Below are positions 57,019 to 64,000 of a DNA stretch of 64,000 nucleotides, piece by piece; the stretch's first letter is position 1; every line of letters starts with the position of its first letter. The position numbers and the translations under genes are program-made. Below the pieces are notes generated by a model. It saw nothing but the letters and a program-made list of their open reading frames with translations, ran no database searches and was not told where the DNA came from. Source of the stretch: Alphaproteobacteria bacterium (GTDB lineage: Bacteria; Pseudomonadota; Alphaproteobacteria; JBFXJJ01); assembly GCA_050175015.1 (NCBI GenBank), contig JBFXJJ010000002.1, forward strand, positions 64,001 through 128,000, written 5' to 3'.

Positions 57019-57095
57019 GTAAACGAAAAACAATAAAAAGCCAACACAAAATATAGTATATCTCAAAAAAAGTATTGCCACAGATTGTTAATCAG

Positions 57096-57128
57096 AAAAA
57101 AAAGCCCCAACATTCTGCTGGGGCTTTA
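57096..57128 (-). terminator. flgE terminator
   Basis: A8-GCCCCA...TGGGGC-TTT. Confidence 0.7.
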
Positions 57129-57167
57129 AAAAAACAGGAAATAAAATTTTAAGTTTAACTAAAAATC

Positions 57168-60062
57168 CTAACGTTTAATGCTGATAAGTTCATCAAGCAT
57201 TTCATCAGCGGTTGTAATAATTTTAGCTGCTGCTGAATATGCACGTTGAGTTGTAATCATCGTTGAGAATTCTTCTCCTAAATCAACCGTTGATGATTCA
57301 AGCGATGCTGAGTTGATGTCACCTGCGCCGCCAGTTGTAGCTGTGCGCAAAGTAGCTGTTCCTGAATAGTCAGTTTCAATCCAAGCATTTCCTGTTAAAG
57401 CTTCCATACCATTAGCATTGGTAAATGTTGCTAAAGGAATCTGGGCTATAGGTCTTGTATCACCATTATCAAACAATGCCGTAACAATACCGTCAGTTCC
57501 AATTGATATACCAGCAAAGTTACCGTATTTAGCACCATCTTGATAAAGGTAGTTAGTTGTAAAATCTCCAGATAAGTGAGTTAAACCATCTGTCGTGTTT
57601 GCGTTACCCATAAACAGTTCAATTTTAGAACCAACGTCAGCGTCACCAGTCATATCTTCAGCGCCATTGGCCCATTCAATAGACATATTATCGACGGTAA
57701 TATATTTAGGTGTACCATCTGAGTTAAAACGAACAGCTGGAGAAATTGCACCATCTTCAGATTCTAATTCGCCATTAAAACTGAAACGATCAGAAATAAC
57801 CAAGGTATTATTAGAAAGACTAGTTACTGTTAAACCATTATTTTTACCACTGCCATAAACAGCATCATCAAGTCCACTGTATGCGGTTGTGGTATAAGTA
57901 TCATTACCAGCAGAAACACTAGCACCGGGCATTGCATTAACACCTGCACCATTAGCAAGAGTTGCGGAAGATGCAATTAATGTTGTACCGTCTACAGCAG
58001 TAAGAGTCGTACCTGTATAAGCATTAACGTGGTTACTGATAGTTGTCAGCAATTCATTAATTGTGGTTTCACCTGAACCCCAAGTAACACCTGAAATATC
58101 AATATCGGTTGCACCACCAGCACCATTGGTAAGAGTATACGTTGTACCATCTATCGTAACTTGAGTATTCGTATAATCTGCTAAAGTATCATTTGCTGAA
58201 GATATTGTTACGGTTGAATATTGGGTTGCGAGTGATGTTGCTGAAATAATGCTGGCATTACCACTAACAAGAGAATTTTCATACGATTGATAAACATCAG
58301 AATTAGAACCTTCAACACGGTTAATCGCAGCTTTTAATCTATTCATAACAGCTTGAGAAGTCTCTGATGTACCCCAAGTAATATCACTAATATCAACATC
58401 GGTGTCAGCAACAGGAGTATCGGTAAAGGTGTATGTTGTGCCATTAATTGTTACCGTCTGATCCTGATAAAGGAATTGATAATTGCCATCTAATGTAGCC
58501 TTGGAATTATCACTAGTACTCAAGAGCATAGGTTCGCCTGTTGTTGACTGATAAAATTCAATAGAAGTTCCGCTAAGTTTCACTCTATCTGGCTCACGAA
58601 TATTCTGAGCAACAGAAGTATAGAGGAGAGTTGCAAGTTCAGCGGTATCAACACTTGTTCCAGATATTACAGAATCAATATTGATTGCGATTGAACCTGG
58701 TGTTGTTGAAGGACTTGCTGTAGTTGTAAATTCGTAAACCTGCTGGTCAATAACTATGGTTTTATTAACATAATCAGCTGCCGTTGTACTGTCAAAATTG
58801 AGAACAGCCACGTTTTTGTAAGCCCAATCAATCTCAGGAAGAGTAAATTGTCCTGAAGGAATACCTGTTGTAGGATCAGGAGCAGCAGAAGCTTGAACAG
58901 TTTCTAAGCAGTTTGAACAATCAAAATCAATACTGCCGCCAGCATAAGATTGCTCAATAGCCAACGTTTCATTATCTGCGGTAAACCTTGAACCTGAAGG
59001 AAATGTATCTTGAATAGCAGAGCAAAGTTTTTCAACTGCATCAGAAGCTACCACAACGCCGCTAGAAATATCAACTCTTACAACCTCTTCACCATTGGTA
59101 GGAACATAGGTTACAGGATCAGAATTGTTAACAAACTCATAAATATATGTTTGCCCAGTTTCATCGGTCAAAGAAATATAACTATGATTCTGAGGAATAT
59201 CCGTAAATTCAATTTGTGCTCTAGCTGCGTAAACATCATCAGACTCGTCGTCGGCTACTTCTCTATTAGAATAAAGGATTTGAGTTGCAGCCCCATCTGG
59301 CATTTTGGCATCTAAGCTCCAAGCATTAGAAGCTGTTTTCGTATACTCGAAGTTAATATTATGAGCGTTACCAAGGGAGTCATAAATTAAAACAGAGAGA
59401 GATTCCAAACCGCCATCATCAGGATTTGAAGGATCATAAACTGAAGCATCTGCAGGAAGATTGGCACCAAGCTGAATTTGTTTAGTAGGATTTGCACTAC
59501 CGCCAATTGTATTTAAGTTAATAGGCTTTAAGTTGTCACTATCAATAATATTATCGTTAATATAAGTGGTTGTACCATCGGTATCTTGATATGCTTTCAT
59601 ATATACCAAGCCATCAATAGTGACAGTGGTTGCCCCTTCTGAACCATCATATGGCATCAGAGTCCAAGCTTGAAGATAATAACCACCAGAATTTGTTAAA
59701 TAGCCAAAAGAATCTGTTTCAAAAGAACCTGCTCTCGTATATGCCCATCTGTTACCTGAAACTGGATTAGCGGCTTCGTTAACAACGAAGAAACCACTTC
59801 CAGAAATACCAAGATCGGTAGCTGAGCTGGTCGAACTTAAAAGACCTTGAACGTCAATTCCTGAACGTGGCTTAGACTGCACGCCACCTGGTGAATATTT
59901 TGTTAAAGAAACCTGTTTGGTTACAAGGGTTTGAAACTGATTATTAGTTCCTTTGTAACCTATTGTATTAACGTTTGCAACGTTATCAGCAATCGCACCC
60001 ATGGCACTTGATTGTGCTGAAAGTCCTGAAACGCCTGAAAAAAGTGCTCCGTAAAGACTCAT
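57168..60062 (-). CDS. flgE: Flagellar hook protein FlgE, very large (964 aa)
   Basis: 'IADNVANVNTIGYK', 'YTRAGSF', 'YDSLGNAH', 'LESSTVDLGEEFSTMITTQRAY'; ATG at 60062 follows a GGAG RBS. Confidence 0.93.
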   Translation of the reverse strand: MSLYGALFSGVSGLSAQSSAMGAIADNVANVNTIGYKGTNNQFQTLVTKQVSLTKYSPGGVQSKPRSGIDVQGLLSSTSSATDLGISGSGFFVVNEAANPVSGNRWAYTRAGSFETDSFGYLTNSGGYYLQAWTLMPYDGSEGATTVTIDGLVYMKAYQDTDGTTTYINDNIIDSDNLKPINLNTIGGSANPTKQIQLGANLPADASVYDPSNPDDGGLESLSVLIYDSLGNAHNINFEYTKTASNAWSLDAKMPDGAATQILYSNREVADDESDDVYAARAQIEFTDIPQNHSYISLTDETGQTYIYEFVNNSDPVTYVPTNGEEVVRVDISSGVVVASDAVEKLCSAIQDTFPSGSRFTADNETLAIEQSYAGGSIDFDCSNCLETVQASAAPDPTTGIPSGQFTLPEIDWAYKNVAVLNFDSTTAADYVNKTIVIDQQVYEFTTTASPSTTPGSIAINIDSVISGTSVDTAELATLLYTSVAQNIREPDRVKLSGTSIEFYQSTTGEPMLLSTSDNSKATLDGNYQFLYQDQTVTINGTTYTFTDTPVADTDVDISDITWGTSETSQAVMNRLKAAINRVEGSNSDVYQSYENSLVSGNASIISATSLATQYSTVTISSANDTLADYTNTQVTIDGTTYTLTNGAGGATDIDISGVTWGSGETTINELLTTISNHVNAYTGTTLTAVDGTTLIASSATLANGAGVNAMPGASVSAGNDTYTTTAYSGLDDAVYGSGKNNGLTVTSLSNNTLVISDRFSFNGELESEDGAISPAVRFNSDGTPKYITVDNMSIEWANGAEDMTGDADVGSKIELFMGNANTTDGLTHLSGDFTTNYLYQDGAKYGNFAGISIGTDGIVTALFDNGDTRPIAQIPLATFTNANGMEALTGNAWIETDYSGTATLRTATTGGAGDINSASLESSTVDLGEEFSTMITTQRAYSAAAKIITTADEMLDELISIKR

Positions 60063-60194
60063 TATTTTATCTCCCTTTTTTTCTTTCTGCTCGGTTTTCT
60101 TTCTGAACAACCAAACCTTAAAATCCTTTTGCTTTTTTAGCTTCTTGTATCAAAGCCTTATCTAATTTTTGTAATCTTTTATATTTTAATCACA

Positions 60195-61049
60195 TTAAGT
60201 ATCACTAGTAGTTGTACTGTCATCTGTAGTGTCTGTGGTAGTAGTCGTACTATCATCTGTGGTAGTCGTACTATCGTCTGTGGTAGTCGTACTATCATCT
60301 GTGGTAGTAGTTGTACTATCATCTGTTGTGGTGGTAGTCGTACTATCATCTGTTGTCGTGGTATCTTCGGTATCATCGTCAAACACAATCGGCTCATATT
60401 CTCTAACGGCAATAATATTATCCATATGAATAATCACATCACCTAATGCCATATAGACACCGTCATCTTCGTTAGCAACTGCCGTTGCTTTGCCATATAC
60501 TGTGGTGTAAACATCAAGAGTTCCATCTTCACCCATAGCAGTAACAGTTAAAGAATAACCGCCATCATCTAACTTATTGCCATCATCATCGTAGCCGTCC
60601 CATTCAACAGTATGAGTGCCAGCACTTTTTTCGCCTGTAAACGCTTTAATAATGTTGCCGTCGGCATCAGAAAGAGCAACAACACAACTCGTAGCCTCTT
60701 CGTCCAATGTATAGGTAAATTTGGCAGCTCCATCTTGTAATGGAACGTAATTTGATAATGCTTGAATTGTATTACCAATATAATTAACAGCCATCGTACC
60801 AAGACTTGCTTTATCATAACTGAGCATCGATTCTAAATTTTCGTTAATTTGAATACTCTGTTCAACGTTAGCATACTGCACCAACTGGTTAGTAAATTCT
60901 GCGGTATCCATAGGATCAAGAGGATCCTGATTTTGCAACTGCGTAGTTAAAAGATATAAGAAGGTATCCAAATCTTCAGACAAAGCCGCAGAAGATGTTG
61001 CTGATGTTGTCGTACTTGAAGAACTTGTTGTTGAACTAACTGAAGTCAT
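60195..61049 (-). CDS. flgD: Hook capping protein FlgD with a Thr/Asp/Ser repeat tail
   Basis: FLYLLTTQLQNQDPLDPMDTAEFTNQL, WDG. Confidence 0.95.
   Translation of the reverse strand: MTSVSSTTSSSSTTTSATSSAALSEDLDTFLYLLTTQLQNQDPLDPMDTAEFTNQLVQYANVEQSIQINENLESMLSYDKASLGTMAVNYIGNTIQALSNYVPLQDGAAKFTYTLDEEATSCVVALSDADGNIIKAFTGEKSAGTHTVEWDGYDDDGNKLDDGGYSLTVTAMGEDGTLDVYTTVYGKATAVANEDDGVYMALGDVIIHMDNIIAVREYEPIVFDDDTEDTTTTDDSTTTTTTDDSTTTTTDDSTTTTDDSTTTTDDSTTTTTDTTDDSTTTSDT
60200..60365 (-). repeat. Coding minisatellite (21-27 bp units) encoding (DDSTTTT)n
   Basis: Repeated GTAGTCGTACTATCATCTGTG variants. Confidence 0.85.
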
Positions 61050-61059
61050 AAGCCCTCTC

Positions 61060-62934
61060 CTAAACCTTTATATTAACACCACGACCATTGCCGATTAGCG
61101 AATAGCTGCCGAAATCGGAAGAGTCAAAATTTTGCACAGCATCATCTGCACCTAAATTAGTCATAGAATAACTGCCATTGTTACTGCTTTGATTCTGACC
61201 ACTGGATTGTCCGCCCTTAAAGTTAAAACTTAAACTTCCACTGTCAGTCTTAAAGCCTGCATCATTAAAAGCTTTTTCTAAATTACGAACATCTCTTTGC
61301 AAAATGTCCAAAGTTTCAGGACGACTTGCGGAAATTGTTGCCGACAGTTTGCCATCAGAAGAAATTTCCATTTTAACGTCTATTCGGCCTAATTCTTTTG
61401 GTTTTAACTGAACATTAATATTATCTGCATCTTTTAATGCGGCTTTATTAATGCTTACCTTTATTTGCTCTGTAACTGCACTAGGCATAGACTGTCTAGT
61501 TGTTGCCTGTGTTTTTGATGCTGCGGCGGAACTATTTGCCGAGCTTACCTTTTCACCACGAACAACATCTATACCCTGAATATTGTCATTTGCCTGAGCA
61601 CTCTGCTTGGAAGAATTTCCATCGGTAATATTATTTATATTACTCGATGCGGTTTTCAAAACCTCAGCAAAACTTTCACTTGGAGTTTGAGCAACACCAC
61701 TAGTTGCGCTATTAGCATTTGTCGCTGTCTGATTTTCGGTCATCATATTAGCATTTTCGCTGTTAGAACCAGTTGCTACAGGCTTTACTATTTTGAAGCC
61801 ATCAGAAGAACCAAAGCTTGAAGACTTATCTGTTTCTTGGGTTTTAGTCGTTTCGGCTTTTGCATTTATCTCTTCACCAAAATTAACGACATTTGCCGCT
61901 ACATTTTCTGTTTTAGTGCTACTTTGAGCAGTATAATCTTTGACTTCAACTTTAACCTTAGCTTTAATATCTTCTCCTAAAACTTCAGAAAGAGCCTCTG
62001 CCTGCTTATCTGTAATGGCATCATCTGACATAGAAGCAAGTTCAACCCCAAGATTTTTTCTTTCTGACGTATTTTTATCAGAAACTTCTTTTGTGTTGTT
62101 AGTTGATGCGACATTAGCAACCTGCGAAACGATTGCCGTATCATTTCCAGCTTGACTATTCAATGCTTCAACTTCTTTTGCAAAATCAACAACATTATCA
62201 GCTTTCACAGCTGTTTCTTTGCCTATTTCAGGAGTATCAAAATTTTCAGTTTTGATGCCCTCCATAGAAGAAGCGCTTGCTTCTCCTAAGAGGTCATCAA
62301 AGTTATTTGTTCCATCTTCAAGGTTCTTAAATTGTCCTGATACTTCTTCAGGAGCGGCTAAAGTACTCTGCATCTCAGAAATGAGATTTTCGTCCTCAGC
62401 CATTTGCATAATATTCTCAGCAACATCTTCATTTGAAATGTCTTGAGTTATTACGTCTTTACTGCTTTCTAAGGCGTCATTGTTGTCTGGGGAATCTTTT
62501 CCATCTTCAGTTTTTTTATTTTTGCTTTTTGGTTTAGCTTTGACTTCACAGGTATCAACTTCGTCCTGATCATCATCAACTTTTTTACTTTTTGAGCTAG
62601 TATCTTTTTCTACGGTTTTATTATCTTCTTTTGTAGATTCAGTTTTAACCGTTTCTTTTTCTTTTACTTCAGGCTTTTCCTGATATTTGTCTTTAGTTTT
62701 TGTAACTTCAACCTCAACATCATTACTTCCTGAGAAATCCTGTGCAACAACATTAGAATCTAAAGTCTGAGTTAGAAAATTCATAACAAAAGATCCATTT
62801 GAAGCCTTTGATATTGTGTCTAAAGATGAACTGCTATTCAACAATGTTGAAAAATTGCTGTCTTTATCGTTAGAGACATTGTCAATTTTTTGGGTTTCAA
62901 AGTTACTATTACTTCTAATATCAAATACTTTCAT
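61060..62934 (-). CDS. fliK: Flagellar hook-length control protein FliK
   Basis: Long disordered N-terminus; 'QLKPKELGRIDVKM', 'RPETLDILQRD'; upstream of flgD. Confidence 0.9.
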   Translation of the reverse strand: MKVFDIRSNSNFETQKIDNVSNDKDSNFSTLLNSSSSLDTISKASNGSFVMNFLTQTLDSNVVAQDFSGSNDVEVEVTKTKDKYQEKPEVKEKETVKTESTKEDNKTVEKDTSSKSKKVDDDQDEVDTCEVKAKPKSKNKKTEDGKDSPDNNDALESSKDVITQDISNEDVAENIMQMAEDENLISEMQSTLAAPEEVSGQFKNLEDGTNNFDDLLGEASASSMEGIKTENFDTPEIGKETAVKADNVVDFAKEVEALNSQAGNDTAIVSQVANVASTNNTKEVSDKNTSERKNLGVELASMSDDAITDKQAEALSEVLGEDIKAKVKVEVKDYTAQSSTKTENVAANVVNFGEEINAKAETTKTQETDKSSSFGSSDGFKIVKPVATGSNSENANMMTENQTATNANSATSGVAQTPSESFAEVLKTASSNINNITDGNSSKQSAQANDNIQGIDVVRGEKVSSANSSAAASKTQATTRQSMPSAVTEQIKVSINKAALKDADNINVQLKPKELGRIDVKMEISSDGKLSATISASRPETLDILQRDVRNLEKAFNDAGFKTDSGSLSFNFKGGQSSGQNQSSNNGSYSMTNLGADDAVQNFDSSDFGSYSLIGNGRGVNIKV

Positions 62935-62986
62935 AGTTGTTTTGCTCTACTAAATTTTAAGTTTAACCAAAATCAAATTTTATTTA

Positions 62987-63002
62987 TGCAAAACACGTGC
63001 CA
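62987..63002 (-). promoter_or_regulatory. Sigma54 promoter of fliK-flgD-flgE
   Basis: TGGCAC-GTGTT-TTGCA matches the consensus. Confidence 0.85.
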
Positions 63003-63041
63003 ACTTTTTAAAACCCCAGATAACTTCACAAAAAAAACAAA

Positions 63042-63071
63042 ACAGCCAAAAGCAAAAATACTTTTGGCTGT
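63042..63071 (-). terminator. flaF terminator
   Basis: ACAGCCAAAAG...CTTTTGGCTGT with an A-tract on the left. Confidence 0.65.
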
Positions 63072-63106
63072 CTAGATTGTTTAACGTTTAAGGTTTATTT
63101 TTTAAT

Positions 63107-63559
63107 TTAAGCTGTTCCATTAAAAGGCTTACTTGGAGGTGGAGGCGTTTCTTCTCCATCTTCCTGTTTCGGCGCTTCTTCTGTCTCTGCGGACTTGTTT
63201 TCGTAAAGTCCTCTTGCAATATTCATATTGATATTAATAAGAACCTCTAAAGACTGAGGTGTAGGATTAACCATGATATCGACTGTCCGTTTAAAAATAA
63301 AATAGGCAAGATTTGCCACATTTTGCTTAATATTAACGGGCAATGGATTATCTGCATCGTTAATATTACCAGTAAGAATAGCCCACAAACGGCGATTCAT
63401 TGACAGAGCCTCGTCAAGTTCATCTTTTTTCTCTTCCCAATTTTCTTTAATAACATTGAGCAAAGACGCTGTTTTAATAAGAGCTCTGGCCTCAAGCTCG
63501 TTTTGTTTAATTGGAGCTTTTTTTTGAGCTGCGTTATATACGTCGATTGAACTTTTCAT
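63107..63559 (-). CDS. flaF: Flagellar biosynthesis regulator FlaF
   Basis: 'ELEARAL', 'NRRLW', 'NPLP', 'LININMNIARGL'. Confidence 0.88.
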   Translation of the reverse strand: MKSSIDVYNAAQKKAPIKQNELEARALIKTASLLNVIKENWEEKKDELDEALSMNRRLWAILTGNINDADNPLPVNIKQNVANLAYFIFKRTVDIMVNPTPQSLEVLININMNIARGLYENKSAETEEAPKQEDGEETPPPPSKPFNGTA

Positions 63560-63733
63560 TTTCTTACCATTATTTTTTTACAAGATTGTTTTTCATTTTA
63601 TGCAAGTTTTGATAACATCTCAAGAGTATAGAGATAAAATTATTAAAAAAATAAAAAGGAATTTTATTTTTTTGCCAACTAATGTTATTAAATATAGTAA
63701 TAGTTTTTAAATTTTTATGGAGAAAACAAAAAT

Positions 63734-64000
63734 ATGAACACATCTAAAGATGTTTTGGAATGGAAAGGCGATGTTGTTAAAGACACCATCACCTATAGAT
63801 ATATTGAAACTGCTGCCAATGCCCTAGACCTTGCCATAGCAGAAAACCCTACTCTACTAACAACATACCAAAATTGGCTTACAGAGGTAAAAGATTCCGC
63901 ATCATTGGGATCAATAATCTTTTCTGAATTTTCTCCTGAGAAAGATACTAAAATTACAATATTCTCCTTAACTAAAGCCAATGAATTTCTAACTAAATTT
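63734..64000 (+). CDS. Hypothetical protein, 5' part (runs off the window end)
   Basis: GGAG RBS at 63719 and ATG at 63734; frame open to the end (MNTSKDVLEWKGDVVKDTITYRY...). Confidence 0.55.
   Translation, partial: MNTSKDVLEWKGDVVKDTITYRYIETAANALDLAIAENPTLLTTYQNWLTEVKDSASLGSIIFSEFSPEKDTKITIFSLTKANEFLTKF

Noticed and set aside
60200-60365. CRISPR-like array, or the antisense 'SVVVV' ORF 60229..60429
   Set aside because: In-frame coding repeats of the FlgD tail; the antisense ORF is a shadow

Overview
AT-rich chromosomal window from an alphaproteobacterium, probably Rhodospirillales-like (ctrA, chpT, flbD, flaF, and a tRNA-His that keeps G-1:C73). (1) 1-3067: end of a STAS-domain gene, marC, glnB-glnA and tRNA-His(GTG). 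(2) 3022-23547: a ~20.5 kb integrative mobilizable element inserted in tRNA-His and bounded by a 46-bp direct repeat. Its backbone is a tyrosine integrase, an excisionase-like HTH, a split primase/DUF3631-type Rep, and TraK/MobC/MOBP relaxase; it has no T4SS or phage structural genes. Its cargo is a type I R-M operon interleaved with two HEPN RNases, an MNT antitoxin and a 2-TM protein, plus ParDE, an HNH-like protein, and a Cache chemoreceptor preceded by a (CT)17 tract. Non-coding signals include arm-type GGGGCTAC repeats at both ends, two inverted homologous copies of a CCCTCTAC iteron cluster about 14.5 kb apart, and a candidate oriT followed by a 10-bp-phased array. (3) 24015-37375: MCP, sodB, LOG-trmFO-hpnCDE, then an unknown exported protein-chpT and cheY-cheB-cheR with no cheA/cheW. 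(4) 37863-64000: a three-gene insert, ctrA, fliI-fliJ, speG, and a large flagellar cluster whose fliF operon ends in a FliK-like gene and two paralogous J-domain/Zn/TM/SH3b proteins; FlgE is unusually large. All calls come from motif and family recognition by eye; no searches were run.
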